Notes: generated from the letters alone by a model not told the origin. 63,990 nucleotides of DNA, filler included, from Jimgerdemannia flammicorona (GCA_003990765.1; 3 parts of 3 records of this genome joined end to end with filler, not necessarily neighbours in it), one strand, 5' to 3'; numbered from the whole stretch's first letter, positions 1 through 14,363 are shown. Program-made: numbers and translations.

Positions 1-67
1 TTTTTATAGTCACTTGGACTCTGCCTTTATTACCAGTCTATGAATAAATATACATCATTCCCACCCA

Positions 68-3000
68 CTAACCAATCCCCACAGGGGGGCTCCTCCCTAC
101 TTCCTCACAAATGAAAATCACTCTTTCACCAATAACCCCAACTCTCCCCCCACTTTGCCAACAGATTTTCTCCACCAAGTGGTGCCTCCGACCACCCCGC
201 ATCCCCCAACCCAGCCACCAGCCTGTTAAGGTGCCTTCCATAAGCCTATGCCACCACAGCAACCGGTCCCCCAAGCTCTGTCTCCTCCCATCCTCAAAAA
301 CAAATAGCCAATGACTGGCCAGCCCCACCCAAATAGCCAAAGCCCAACCCAAAGTAAGCCACTCCTTCCCTATCCCCCCTACCAATCTATCCTGCAAGTC
401 CTCCCACTGCCCCCATACTTCATCACCCCTACCCCATACTCCCAAGTGATCCTCAATTGTCTGCCAAAAATTCTCCAACACCTCACACTCTCTCAGCCAA
501 TGTTCCGGCATCTGTACATAACCCCCCTCCTGCCCTACATTATGGCACTCCTCACAGTCGAAGCAACCCCCTACAACAAGGTGCCCCGATCGAAAGTTGA
601 GCATAACATTCCTCGGCAGCATGCACCACCAAACCACCCAGTACTTTGGCGGCAGCCACGCCCTCACTGCAGCACTCCAGGTCCAAACACCATACTAGTT
701 CCACTCTTTGCCAATTCCAACTCCTTGCCAACTGCTAGGCCACAGATCCTGGCCTGGTCCCCTTTGGCATTCCATTCCATCACCAATGTCGAACTCAACT
801 AAAGGAGTGCCACCCAGCAGTATACGGTCCCATCTCCACATTGCCAGGTCCCAATCCTCCTCTCCTTCATTCCCCTGCCAACAAATACTGATGCAGTATA
901 CCCCTACTGCAATCCCCCACCAAAATCCTTTATATCGTAGTTGGGCAGTATTCTGAAGCCCAACCAAGAAGAGGAGATCGCCAGTCAAGCCCCTTGGTGA
1001 TGCCCGCCTCTCCCATATCTTCTGTAGCAGAGGAACCCATCCACCACCTCTCAACTCCACTGCCCTCTTCAGCCACCATGCTCTCAAGCAGTGTAACCAT
1101 TTTGGAAAGTCAACCAGCCTAAGACTGCCTCTCACCACTGGCAGGGACAAGGTCTCCCAACTAATCTGACTCCGCCTGCCAGCCCAAATCCATCCCTTCA
1201 CCACCTTCATCAATCTCTTCACTACCCAGGCCGGGAAGTCCAGATGATACGCCAGGTACCACAACTTTGGCAGCCAGTAGACATTCAAAATTGAGACTCA
1301 CCCTGCCAGAGAAAAATGTTTACCCCCCCAATTCTACAGAGCCTCCTCCCAGATTCCAATCCTCTGCTCCCACCAAAGGCTGAGCAGAACTGACCCATAG
1401 ACTGACAAGTAGATACCCAAGTACCACACTGCTTCTCCAGTGGGAATGATTGTTCCTATAACTTCCCCTCCCACCAGGCCATTGCCTAGCACCATCGTCT
1501 CACACTTATGCCAATTTAGCTTAGCTCCAGAGTACTCCTCATACCACTCCACAGTCTTCTTGAGCTCCTCAACATCAGCAATCGAACCCAAACCCACCAC
1601 CATATCATCAGCAAAGGCCCCAACTTTCCATCCGATGTCAAAGACAGAGAGCCCCACTATTCTCTGCCTAATTTGGTCCATAAGGGGTTCCAGGGAAAGA
1701 GTATACAAAATGGGAGACAATGGATCCCCCTGGGGCACCCCCCTACCCAAGGGGAATGCTACCCCTCTATGTCCATTACACATAAGTGCAGCCCTACTCC
1801 CTTCCAGTAGGCTGACTATTGCTGACCGGAATTGACGCAGAACCCCCATTCTATTCAAAACTTTTACCATCCAGACTCTTCACACCCGGTCATATGCCTT
1901 CTCCTGGTCCAAGAAGACTAGACACCCATCCAGTCCACAGGCCCTTGCCCCTTCGATAATGCCATGCACCCAGGCAGTGCCATCCCTGATGAGCTGACCA
2001 CCCACAAATCCCCTCTGCTCAACACCCACGACTTGCTAGGCCACCTTCTGTAGTCTTGCCACCACCACCTTAGTTACCAACTTTCTGTCGATATCTAGCA
2101 ACATTATCAGCTGCCAGTTCCTCCAATCCTCCTGCCTTCCTTTGTTTTTGTACAGCAGTATCACCAGCCCAAGGTCCTGCTCCCCCACCCACCTCTCTGT
2201 CTGTAGAATAAGGTCACACAGTACTGTCATCTCTCCCATCACCCCTGGGACTCCAACCATTTGCTTCCAAAAGTCCCAGGGCAGACTGTCCTCCCCAGGT
2301 GCCATATCTGGCGTTGTCACAGCAAGAACCTGGTGGATCTCATCCTCCTGTACAGGCATCACCAGGTCCCCTAACCCTTCAACTTGTGGTGGGTGCCAAT
2401 CCTCCAATGTTCGTTCAATTGTAGCGGCATCTGCCCCACCCTCCTCCTCACTCCACAATCCACTCCATCTCTCCTTCAGCAATCTAAGAACATTCTGTAC
2501 ACCATGCACCAGTACACCATCAGAGTCCAATACCCCTTCCCACCATTGCTATACCTGCCTCGCCCTAAGGGCCCTCGTAAGAAGCTTGGAAGGCCTCTCT
2601 CCTTCCTCCAGATCCTGCCAGCAAAGATGTGCTGCCAAGCTCTGTACCCTTGCCTCTTCCTCCTCCCGCAGCACCTGTTGAAGTTCCCCTACCTCCATTT
2701 TCGCCCTCATTAATCTCCAATTGTCTTCTCCCTCCAGCATTGTCAGCCTTGCCCACTCCTCCAGGAGCCTTGTCAATCTAGTGGAGGCCCAATGCACTCA
2801 TTGCTTTCACTGCTTCCCTGCCTCCTTGCCAGCCTCCCTCTAGTAAATCCTGGCCATTTTCTTCATCCTCATCCACTGAGGCCCAACTGAGGCCCCTTCC
2901 TGCCTCCAGTTCTCCACCCTCAATTGAATGTCCTTAGCCCACTCATCCCACCAGGTCTTATCATCCAACAAAGAGGAATTGAGGTGCCAATGTCCAGGCC

Positions 3001-3753
3001 CATCCCCACTTCCCCCAAAGTACCCCTGTCCCAAAAGCCCCCAGTGATCTGACCATGGATACCATTCCACCTCCAGTGACTTCCAAACATCTAGTCCCCA
3101 GCAACAGGCTATCAAAATCCAGTCAATTCTAGTCCCCAGACCCCCTGCCCAATGTGTATAGACCCTCAGATTCCCCCAGCACTCCCTTCCAGCATCTAAT
3201 AGTGCACCCAGTCTTTCCACTTCCTCCCATGCCACCAGTCCTCCACTCCTGCTCTCAGCACCTCATCCACCATCTATTCTATCCAGCAGTATGTCCCTAA
3301 CCATATTGAAATCTCCCCCAAGCATATCCACCCCTGTCTCAGCAAGTAATCCACTCTCCTGTAAGCCTTTCATCCATTTTACTCTCTCACCCCGTACCAC
3401 AGGGCAGTAGCAGGAGCCAACCATAACTGGCTCCCAGCCTGCCCAAATCCACTCTCCCCAGACCAGTCTTTCCCCCCAGCACTCACATTCTGTATCTCCC
3501 CTCTGCCTTTCCTAACCAAAATCCCAACCTTGCCCTTCCAAATCGCCACACCTCCCCATTCCTTCATCCATTCCAACCTATCAGAGTCATCTTCACACCA
3601 GACATCCTGCAATAGGAAGAGATTGGCCTCTAATCCCTTCATCCAAGTAAAAATGTTCCTACATTGAGAAGCCCCCTGTAACCCATTCACATTCAAAGAG
3701 AAAATATTGATTGTACTGTCCATAATGATGATATATGGTATGTCGTCAATCAA
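68..3753 (-). pseudogene. LINE-A1 ORF2: APE endonuclease + reverse transcriptase + C-terminal Cys/His motif
   Basis: IFSLNVNGL..FLLQDV, GGDFN, RIDWIL, WSDH (APE); LLDIDRKLVTK, GVPQGDPLSPILY, AFADD (RT); CFDCEECH..EHWLREC; broken by stops and frameshifts. Confidence 0.93.
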
Positions 3754-3756
3754 TCT

Positions 3757-5780
3757 CTACTGCTCCATGCTCATCTCCTCCTGCGCCTTGTCTAGATTAT
3801 GTTCTGCAACCACCTCCTTCTCTTCTGCCCTCTGAGCCTCCAATCTAGCCAGCAGTTCAGTCATCTCACCATCTGCCTTCTCCTCAAACTCCTCTCGGTA
3901 TTCGATGCACGCCTCCTGCCAGAGCTGTAGTCCATGATGCTTGTTCCAGCAATATTCAGCCCTCTCTCCAGCAATGACTGCTATCTCTGCCTCCCTCTCC
4001 TTATCTACCTCATACCCTTCCTCCTCCAGGTACACCACAAGAATTTCCACCTTCAATGCCTTCATTATGCCATCCCCCTGCAGTATTCCTGCCCAATGTT
4101 CATCACTCATCACTTGCAAGTCCACTTCTCCAAACTCTTCCACTGCCAGGTTATTCATCATCCAGCACATCCAAAGCAAGTTCCCCACCTCTTTCCCCCC
4201 CAGAGTCGCTGGCCTCCCTCCATCCAACATCATGGTGTCAGCTCCAGCACTTGTAGACTCATCCCATTCTTCCGGGACATCCACCAGCTCCTCCTCACCA
4301 GCTGCCACCACCTGTCCCCCAAATGCCACCTCCAGGACTCCAAATTGCACCCTCTGGGCCCCCAGCATTGGCACAGCTTCTACCACCCTGTTCCAGGAAG
4401 CTGGGCCACGCCTGATGAGAGGGGTAGGGGTAGGAGAGCCCTCCCAGTCCTCCTCCCAAACCTCCAGTGTACCATCTGCATATGGGTCCTTCCTAGCCTT
4501 CTCCTTGTCCTCCCCTGCCTCCTTCCTATCCTTTCCCTCCCCCTCACCAGCCCAGAAACTTGCTTCGGCTCCCCCTGTACCCTTCACCTTGCTCACCTCC
4601 CCCAGTGGTCTGCTATCAGCTTGGCCAGTAACTCCTTCTGTCTCTTATGCACCTGAGCCCTTTCCCACTGCTCTTTGGTCACTCGAATCTGCTTTCCATC
4701 CACCACCTCCAAGTGTGTCGACTCCACAAAGGCCTCCCAAGCCTTCGCTCACCTCTCTACAGCACCACCCAGCTCTTCTAGTGCTTCCAATAAATCCTCC
4801 TCCTCCTCCTCACTTCCCTTCACCCTTGTCACCTTACACAGGATCGCTCCCCAGACTATTACCGAAGGCCAATCTCTTGCCTTCCCAGTGGCTTCTTTCC
4901 CAGCCAGCCGAATCCTCACATCCACATCATCAGTCCTGAGCAAGGTCCCTTCCCAGACCCTGAACCCAATATCCACCACCTCTCTATATTCTGCCATGAA
5001 ATCCTCAACTCTCTTCCTTGTCTCCATCGCCATCACCATCAGCACCCCTTTCACCAGCAGTTGGACCACCCTGGAGTCCTACTTCAGGCACCACGCCATC
5101 GGAATACACACCTCCCCAACCACCAATCCCACCTTCAGCGCCTCCTCCAGTGGTGCTGCCTCCTCAAAACCCACCTCTACTCCTTCTAGTCCCTTCAAAA
5201 ACTTCACAGATGCCGCTCCTGCCACTTGCTTAGCGATGAGCCCCAGCACCATTTTCGCCATCACCACCAGGCCCTGGAAGCACAGTGTGACTGTGAATAC
5301 CGAAATCGATTTTTTGAGTAACGGGGCCACTGCCAGACCCATCACGCCATCTGCCAAGTCCCCTTGTCTTCTAAGCCTCAGCTGCTCAGCCTCGCCATCA
5401 GCCATCACATCTGGATTTTTTTCCAGATCAATAGTCCCACCACCATCAGCAGTCACCCCCCCCCCAGCTGCTACTCCCCCAGCTCCACTGCCCCCCCTTC
5501 CAAGGGCCACTCTCCCCTGCACTGTCACCTTCTCGGTCTCCTTGCCCTTCCTTAGCCAGCCCTCCAGCCCTGATGCCTGCTGTCTCCCCTTCACCATCTC
5601 CGCGAAGCTTGCCCTCCCAGATCCTGATCCCCTGCCACCTCTTCCATCCCTTCCATGCCCACCTGCCAGCAGGCCCCTCATACCCCCCCCCAGACCTGGA
5701 CCCCTCCCCACCTGCTACCAGTCGAAAGCACTTGGGCCACCCTGCCCAGTATGTACCTCAGGTTGCCTGTCAGTTGTCAT
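3757..5780 (-). pseudogene. LINE-A1 ORF1 (nucleic-acid-binding, gag-like)
   Basis: ATG at 5780; ORF pieces 5079-5711, 4749-5069 and 3757-4596 are collinear with ORF1 of copy A2. Confidence 0.85.
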
Positions 5781-5884
5781 GTTGTTAGTCACTTTTCATC
5801 AAAAATTATGTTGAAAGTGCCTTCCAAAGGTTGTGTAACCTGAATGGTACTGGAAGAAGCCATGCCTATTTACAATTCATTCAG

Positions 5885-8800
5885 CTATCCTCTTAACCAG
5901 ACCAACACCAGTTCTAGCAAGAGAATGTAAAGGAGCTGAGAAAGAGGGTCCTCTTGTGGAACCCCTCTTCCTAAGGCAAACTCTGGACTACTCCAGCCAT
6001 TCAACAGCACTGCCCCTTGACAGCCTTGCACCAGTCCCATCAGCCTTCCAACTTCTCCAAGATCAAACTCTACTTTCTGGAGAATTATCTCTAGATAATG
6101 CCACCACACCCTATCATATACCTTCTCCTGATCCAAGAAGACCATTCTCCCATTGACCTGCTGACTCCTATAGCCTTCTAAGACATTTTGCACCCAGGCA
6201 GTACTGTCTCTGATCTGCTGACCCTTTACAAAGCCCCTCTGCTTCTCCCCTACCAGTCTTCTAATCCACTGCTGCAATCTTCCTGCCAGGATTTTGGAGA
6301 CTAGCTTCCTATCCACATTCAACAGCATGATCAGCTGCCAGTTACACCACTCCCTCTAGTTACTTTTCTCTTTATACAGCAAAGACACCAGTTCTAAGCT
6401 TCTATTTCCAATCCACCATCCTTCTTCTAGCATATAATTAACCATTTCAATAAGCCAGGTTCCAAATTCCACCTGAAACTCCTTCCAAAACTTCCAAGGG
6501 AGTCTATCCTCACCTGGTGATGAACCACCAGGTGCCTTTGGCAAAACCTCCAACACCTCCTCCAAAGACACTCTGCCTAATACTGAAGCCCCTATCTCTG
6601 GTAGTAGCACCACTGGTCAGTTACATATAAGAGACACCTCAGCAACATTCCATACCCTAGCACCCCCTCCCCCATCATCATCACTCCAGAGGGTCTGCCA
6701 TTGTCCAGAAACCTCCTCCAACATATCTGCTATACTGATAATCTCATTACCATCTTCTCGTAATACTGAGGACCAGCTGTGTAGAACATTTCTTGCCTTT
6801 AAGACACCAGATAAGTATTTCATTGGTCACTCACCCTCTTCCAGTCACCTGGCCCTCAGGTATACCAGGAGCTCATCTACAACTCTATCCTCAGCCTCTC
6901 TCAAAGCTGACTGTAAGTTGACTACCTCTCTAGCAAGCTGATGCTTCTTCTCTTCTGCTAATGAACCATCCTCTAGTAACTTCAGTCACCACTGCAAATC
7001 TCTTTCAACTCTCCTTTCCTTATCCTTTTGCTCCTTTCCTGCCACCTCCCCAGTGTAATGCCAATACATACCTGTAAAGTGTTTAAACCTGCTCCACCAA
7101 TTAGCAATAGACAGACCACCAGCCACCCATCACTCTACTTCCTGCCTGGCCAAGTACATGAATTGCTCCTGTTCCACTGGGTGCTAGAGCAAAGCTACAT
7201 TAAGACGCCAGTGCCCACCTCCTCCATTAACAGCCTGGAATCTTCCACACACCTCAACTCTCCAATGGTCTGACTATGGACACCACTGTACCCCAACTGT
7301 ATCAAAAACATTACCCCAATGTTCAGCTACCAGTACCCAATCAATCCACATTTCCACCATCTCATTGTCTATCAAATGCCACCTGGTAAAGGGCCCTGAC
7401 TCATCTCCCACCCTCAATTGTACACCATCCACCAATTCTATGCCCTTTTCCACCTGAAGCCACTGAGACAGCCCCAGAGAAACTGCCATACCAGCCCCGC
7501 CATCAGACTGATCCAGTACACAGTCTCTTACCATATTGAAATCACCCCCCAGAATGTCCAACCCTAGATCTGCCCAATCCTCCTAAGCCAGCCACTCCTC
7601 TACCCATTGCTTTTGCTCTCTGCTAACTACCGGCAGATACACAGAGCCCACCAAGAGTCCATCTCCTTTCTCTCCCTTCAGCCTTCCCTACACCAGGCAA
7701 TTACTAAATCTTTCTACATCAACTAACTCTCCCTTTCCAACCCCAACTAGAATACCAACTTGCTTACTCCAGTCAGTATCTCCAAACTATTCCTTACTCC
7801 ATGACTTATAGTCCTACTCACCATAGGTCTGAATATCCTGAAGAAACACCACATCATACCTCCAGACTTTCAACCATCAAAAGAGATGCCACTGCTTCAC
7901 TCCATCTCATAAACCATTGACATTGATTGACAGAATTCATAGATTGTACTTTATCATGAAAAATTAGAGTTTAAATGTCAGCTGCCACTGCCACGACCTT
8001 CTCAGCTCTACTCTTAATAATGTCTCGACACTCCTCACAGACTGCTTGCCAAATCCTCTCACCATTGATACTACCACAGAAGAAGTCTACTTGCTCTGAC
8101 ACCACCTTATAGATCTCTGCTATTCTGGCATCATCTACCTCATATCTTTCATCCTCCAGAAGAGCTGCCACCATGGCAGTCACCAGCTTTGGTCCTTACA
8201 ATGCCACCTTGAGAAATCCTTCCCATGTCTCTAGAGAACCCTGAAATACATCCACTTCCTTAATGTCATCCTCTATCAGTTCCTCCAGGACTGCCTGGAA
8301 CCAGCCATTGGCTACCATCACCAGTGGCTCTGGAGTCATGGGTCTAGGAGTCCTGCACAGCTCCTGAAGCAATTCTCTGTCTGTAGATACATCAGAAGCA
8401 ATATCCACCAGCTCATCCTCTTTAGAGACCTCATCCAACCTCACTACCTCCCCTGCCTCAGGATATTCCCAGTGCACATTCACTGACCTAGCCATCACCA
8501 TATCCTCTATCTAAGTTTCTGGAACCACCTCAACATTCCTTTCGAAGCCTGCTCCTTGCTCTTCCTCACCATCCACCCACTTCCCTATTATAGGTGCATG
8601 CATAGATTCTCCCACTCTCTCCAGCTGTAAGAAGGACACCTCAGTGGCCTCTATCCCTTCTATCTGATTCCTGTCAGATGCCACCCTTTCAACCTCCTCC
8701 TCTGCAGACACTTGCAGTACTGCCTGCAGCCACTCCTAGTTTGCCTTATACCAGTACTTCCTCTTTCCATCTGTCTTAATCCAGATCCAATCTTTGGCAA

Positions 8801-9900
8801 ATTCCTCTCATTTCCTCTTCTGCAGAGCCTTCACCTCATCATGCTCCTCAAGGGCTATCAGCAGCTCCTCCTCTTTCTGCTCAAAGCCTTCCTCCTCCAA
8901 ACCTGACATTTCTGCTCCCCAACATGAATGACCTCTGACCAGTCTCACCCCAAACCAGTCACCTCCTTCCCCTCCAACTGCACCATTGTCTCACAATTGC
9001 CATTCCTCAACTTCATGCCCTTCCAAAACATAAATCCGAAATCCACCATCTCACCAAAGCCTTCCAGAACCTTGGCAATCACTGTCTTGGTCTCCTGCCT
9101 GCTCAGTGTCAGCAATCCTTCTATCACCAACCTCACTGCACATGGGTCCCATCTCAGGCACCTTGCCATCCCTACCTTAATATTCTTGAGCATCAACCCC
9201 TTCTCCAAGGCCTTCACCATGGCCTCCTCCTCAACAAATCTGACCTCCACTACCTCTGCCGAGGGAATAAACTTCAGTGACTCCACCCCTGCTACCTCCT
9301 CACCCACTGGTCATAGAACTTTCTTGGCTGATAGACCAAGGCCCAAGAAATTGACAGAGACTACTCACATCAATACTGACTTATGGAAGAATGGTCATAC
9401 CACCAGCTTACCAGTCCCTGCTGCCAGGGTTGCCTTGTTCTTACTTCCAGATATGCCAGCCACCACCTCGCCAGAAGCTACTGCACCACCAGCAGTCCCA
9501 CCCCCAGCCACTGGCCCAGTCCCAGGAAAGCCTGTTCCAGCCATCACACTCCTGGACCCCTGACCCCTGCTGGGTCCCTGGCCAGTCAGCTGACCAGTCA
9601 CCTGATGTCCACCCCTGTCAACACTATGTCCCTCCTGCTCTCCAACTGTAGGCCTAGAGGCTACCTGCTTACCCCCCACCACTGTGCACCAACTATCCAA
9701 TCCTGCCACTAGTCCTTGACCTCTGACCTGCCTTCCAGCTCCACCATGACCAGCAGCAGCTGCAAAACTCTTGGGGAGACCCAGGCCAGGTCTCCTCCTC
9801 TCCAGATACTCTGAGCTTGATGAACCCTGGGTTGCTATATCTTGAAAACTTGACAGATTTTAATGAAACTTATTGTGAATTGTTGCCAGACTCCTGCTGC
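5885..9900 (-). mobile_element. L1/Tx1-type LINE family B copy B1, 3'-truncated in RT
   Basis: ORF1 remnant ~7971-9838; endonuclease ILSINVNGL..FLQDI and GGDFNMVRD (7274-7957); RT LLNVDRKLVSKILAGRL..GVPQEDPLS (5885-6328). Confidence 0.88.
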
Positions 9901-9959
9901 ACCTAGTACACTAGTGTAGGTAAAGTAAAAACTTGAAAACATGTTGTTTTTCGCAAAAA

Positions 9960-11641
9960 GATACCTGTGTGGCTTAGCTCACTCCATGTGGTTTGAGCAA
10001 AAGAAGTCTGGGGCTAGGTATATCAGCCAGAGAGGTTTTGAGATTGGTGGGGGAGGAGGTTGCAGGTGTAGAGTCTCTGAAGTTCATTCCATCAGTAGAG
10101 GCAGTAGAGATTGGCTTTGTAGAGGAGGAGAAGATGATGAAGGCTCTGGAGAAAGGTTTGGTGATCAAGAATATTAAGGTTGGGATAGTGAGGTGCCTGA
10201 GGTAGGATCCATGTGCTGTGTGACTGGTGGTTGAAGGGCTGTTGACTCTGGGGAGACAAGAGACCAAGGGGATAGTGGCAGAGGCACTGGTGAGCTTTAG
10301 TGAAATGGTGGATTTTGGCTTCATGTTCTGGGAGAGGACCAAGCTGTAAAATGGGAACTGTGAGGTAATGATTAGGCTGGAGGACAAGGAGGCCATGGGG
10401 CTCAGGAGGGATTGGCCAGAGGTAATTCATGTTGATGATCAAGAGTGTAAGGTGTGGTGAAGGAAGTGATCTGAGCAGGAGGAGGAGGAGTTGCTACTTG
10501 CACTGGAGGAGAGGGAAGCTACCAAGGATCTGCAGAAGAGAAGATGGGAGGAGTTTGCCAAGGACTGGATTTGGATCCCAATGGATGGGAGGTAGAAGGA
10601 TGGAGGAGAGTGAACTGGGAGTATTTGCAGACAGTCCTCCAGAGTTCAAAAGAAGAGGAGATGGTGTGAAAGGAGGCAGCCAAGTATCAGATAGAAGGAG
10701 TGGAGGCAGCAGAGATTTCTTTCTCACAGCTTGGAGGGATGGCAAGCTCTGTGCATACACCAGTGACTGGCCAGTGGGCAGATAGAGAGAAGCTGGGGGA
10801 GGGTGGTTTTGAGGATATCACTAAGATTGTACTGAAGACTCAATTGGAGGACATCCCAATGGCTGGGGCAGCTAATGTTCACTGGGAGTGTCCAGAGGTG
10901 GGTGAGGTGGTGAGGCTAGAGAAGAACTTGGAGGAGGATGACTTGGTGGATGTTACCTCAGATGTCTCAGTCAATTGCAAGGTATTGCAGGATCTGAGCA
11001 GGACCCCCAGGCCTACCACCCCTGGACCTTTGGTGATAACATCTGATACCTGATTCCAGGCAGTGCTTGAGGAGCTTGCAGAGGAGGATATCAAGGAAGT
11101 AGATGTATTTCATGGGTCACAGGAGGCTTGGAAGGGATTCCTCAATGTAGCTATATAGGGTCCTAAGCTAGTGATAGCAATGGTGGCAGTACTTCTAGAT
11201 GATGAGAGATATGATATTGATGAGGAGAGAATGGCTGATATCAGGAGGGTAGTTTTGGGGTGAGTGGAGGCATTCTGTGGTAGTGAGAATGGAGTATGTA
11301 TCTGGAGGGCTATCTGTAAGGAATAAAAGAAAATAATCTGGGGCAGGGCAGAGAAGGTAGTGGCAATTCCAGTGGAGCTCTAAACATTTTCTTCCATAAT
11401 GATGAACAGTCTACATCTTTTATCTTTAAATGTCAATGGTCTGTGCAATGGTGTTAAAAGACAGCATCTGTTTCAATGGCTAAAGGTTAGAAAGTATAAT
11501 ATGGTACTTCTACAGGATATTTATGCCTATGATGAGCAGGACTATGAAGAGTGGAGCAAGGAATGTTTTGGCAGTGCTGGTTGGAATGAACAGATTGGAA
11601 TTTTGGTGGGTATTGGAAAAGGAGATCTGGTAGAGGTTGAC
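9960..11641 (+). mobile_element. LINE family B fragment B2 (partial ORF1 and start of endonuclease)
   Basis: GEEVAGVESLKFIPS..KALEKGL matches B1 ORF1; LLSLNVNGL..LLQDI at 11399; cut off by the poly(T) of the next element. Confidence 0.88.
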
Positions 11642-12422
11642 TTTTTTTTTTTTTTTTTTTTATAGTCACTTAGACTCCTTTATTTGAACTATCTAATACA
11701 ATAACAACTAACTATAAACCACTACTAACATCACATAATATATATATGTAGAGTCCTTCAGCCAACTCCTTCCTTCCATCTTAACCCACTATCATCTAAC
11801 ACCAGATACCCTCGACTCTGCTACACAATGTCCTGCACCTTCCTTAAGGCCCCTGGTTGAAGTCACTTCCCCTGATACCACCACCCCTGTACCACCTCCT
11901 GGAGAAGCAACCTCCACCACTCCACCATCTCTCCAATTTCCATCCAAGGGTCCTGTTCAAAGATCTACCACCAATGTACTGCCATCAGGACCCAGACCCC
12001 CAAAATACAACCTAGGCCTCCCCATATATCACCAATCTCCCCCACCAGCTGGTGCTTGACCACCAGACTGACTGGATCTTCTGCCCTCCACCTCTCTGGG
12101 CCCCAGTAACCTTCCAAACTCTGCCAAAACCCTTCCATGCCTGGGCAGGCCACCAGAATATGTTCCAGAGTCTGAATAACCCCTCTATCCACCTCATCAC
12201 ACCACTCATAGTCCTGACAGCCATCTATCTCCATCCATCCTGTCCGATAGCTCAGCATCACATTATATCTCAAGAATCACCACCAAACTACCTAGTACTT
12301 GGGTGGTACCATCTTGTATACTGAGGCTCCCCAATTCCAGATTTTGAGCCCACTCCCAGTCTTTACCAATCCCTGCCCTCTGCCAACCAGGTGGCCATCT
12401 CTCCAGAGGGCCAGACCTGATC
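11642..12422 (-). mobile_element. LINE 3' end fragment with poly(A) tail (probably family B)
   Basis: ~20-nt T run at 11642; terminal GAGTCTAAGTGACTATA; C-terminal GCQDYEWCDE..EHILVACP homologous to the ORF2 end of LINE-A; interrupted by the G1 LTR at 12423. Confidence 0.85.
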
Positions 12423-13253
12423 TGTAATAACTCTCACTTCTACCCCTCTCTTATTCTTTGGATAACTAAAGAAGTGGACTATTACTTAGGGACTTAGTAC
12501 ACAATGTGTACTAAGAAGCTTTCAGTTTGAAGAAGTGCTCACTTATAGTAGTTTGTAGCAGCAGTGCCATCTGTTTCAAAGGTCTTTCTCTGGTTTGCCT
12601 TCTATTTCAAAGGTCTTTCTCTTGTGCTCTATTTCGAGGGTCTTGTTCCTTGCTGTGCACAGACTGAATTTGCCTTGGAATTCAGGTTCAATGAGTTTAC
12701 TTAAGTCTTTGGGGATTCATATACTGGTCTCAGTTCTGGCAGAAGTTAGCTAGGCTTCTGGAGTTTAGTCAGAAACATTAGAGTCACTTAGGTGTCATTA
12801 CTAAGACTCAGGAGAATGTGTGTGTGTGGGGGGGACTTGATTCTTGTATCAAGGACTGAACTAAAACTGCTTTATTTTGGATGGAAACTGGGGGGTATTT
12901 ATACAAGTTGGTCCGCAATTTCTGACTAAGTATGAGTGACTAATTTGGGAACTATAGTGAGGTTTGTGATCATGACCTTTGTTAGGTGGTTTTGGGCAAA
13001 AAACACTTTGTGATCAAGACCTCAATTACTAGGCAATGATCAGCTACTGTGGCAACAGTTGCTGTAGCACTGATTGTTGGGGATAAGCTGGATATTGTTT
13101 TCCACATCATTTCACATCATTTATCATTCATCATTCATAATATTGTATGCCATGCTTCATTTGTATGATGATCTCATTGCTTGCTGGGTCACATGATCAT
13201 TTATAATCACTCATCGCATCTCATCTATTCACTCATTCATTCATTCTATTACA
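12423..13253 (-). repeat. G1 3' LTR (831 bp)
   Basis: TGTAATA...TATTACA termini; highly similar to 20808-21490; PPT AAGGGGGAAAGGA at 13254-13266. Confidence 0.95.
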
Positions 13254-14109
13254 TCCTTTCCCCCTTAGAAATCAATGTCCTTATTGACTTGGAAATTGAG
13301 AACCAGGGGAGAGAAAGGTGGTGAATCCTCCTCAGGGTTGTTGGTATCTTCTTCAGTAGTAGGGGGGGGGTGGTTGCTGATAGCTTGCTGTCTAGGATGG
13401 AGAAGTCAATGAGGTCTGCAAATTGTTCTTGCATTGGGATAGGTGCTGATGTAGGGGTTCTCTATCTAATGCAGTTGGGGCCATCTAAGTAGGGTTCTTG
13501 GTCCTCATGTCTGGGAATATCCATTCGGATGAGCAGTCCTTCAAAGAGGTCAGAGAGGTCTTGGAGCCATTGGTCAGGGTTGTCATTCAGGAGGGGGCTC
13601 CAGTAGGGTTCACAGTCAGTAGACTTGAGGGTGATCCAGGAGTTGGCTTCTTGGGCTACCTTGATCTCTAGTTCATCAACCTCAGGAAAGGAGAGGTTCT
13701 GGAAATCCTTCAGTTAGACATAGTTGAGATTGGAGATTGTAAAGGGTGTATGGTGTATGATTTGATAGACCTTCTTGGCAAGTCTTTGCTCATTTCTGTC
13801 TAGGTGGGTCCAATCAGAGACTTGGTCCATGGGCAGGTCCTTAGCCCATTGGAGGAGTTGATGGCTAATCTCATATTCATGCCAGATCTCTAGATGGCTA
13901 GTGACAAGGTAGGCTCTTTCGATGACTTTACAGTGGTTGAGGACATAATGTCCTAGGTCCTGGCAGGAGAGGTTAAGGGCCTCTGAGCAGCAGTTCCTTC
14001 CTTGGATAGCAACCTGGATATGTCCAAAGAGGTAGTCAACCTGGCTTGGAAGGGGCCGACTATGGTGGGCAGTTTGGCAACAGGTAGCTTAGTTGTAGGT
14101 AGCAGACAT
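13249..14109 (-). pseudogene. G1 accessory ORF3, unknown protein (~285 aa)
   Basis: ATG at 14109 with TATAAAT ~70 bp upstream; continuous frame with 3 transition-type stops; homologous to 23157-24039 and 59252-59928. Confidence 0.8.
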
Positions 14110-14363
14110 TCTTGTCTTGTCTTTTCTTTGTAAGGAGAGGGGGATGAGAGTTGTGGGGTATTCTTGTCTAGGATATTTATACTTATTCACCCATCTGATG
14201 TGACCTCTCTTTGGTCATGCTTTCTTGCAAAATATATGACCTATTGCTGTAAGCAGGGCATGTGCTGGTCACATGAGGAAATTCTGATTTCAAAGATATC
14301 ATTACTTATAGTTGTGGTTACACAGAGTTAACAGGTCTTGGTCCACTTTTTTTTTATCTGGTT

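Larger units (their letters stand above)
1..5857 (-). mobile_element. L1/Tx1-clade non-LTR retrotransposon, family A copy A1, near full length, decayed
   Basis: Poly(A) start at 1-5 (T run on +) after an AATAAA; ORF1+ORF2 layout; 5' end (TCCAGTAxCATTCAGGTTACACAACC) matches the plus-strand copy at ~37255. Confidence 0.93.

Noticed and set aside
3934..5814. Long plus-strand Ser/Pro/Thr-rich ORFs (also 37527-38441 minus etc.)
   Set aside because: Antisense shadows of the G-rich LINE ORFs.
9901..9921. Palindrome TACACTAGTGTA between head-to-head LINE-B copies
   Set aside because: Short and single; no TIR partner or TSD to support a CACTA or other DNA transposon.
13249..14109. ORF3 as an env gene or as TnpB/Fanzor with omegaRNA
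   Set aside because: No signal peptide or transmembrane helix, and no RuvC D-E-D or zinc-ribbon motifs visible.
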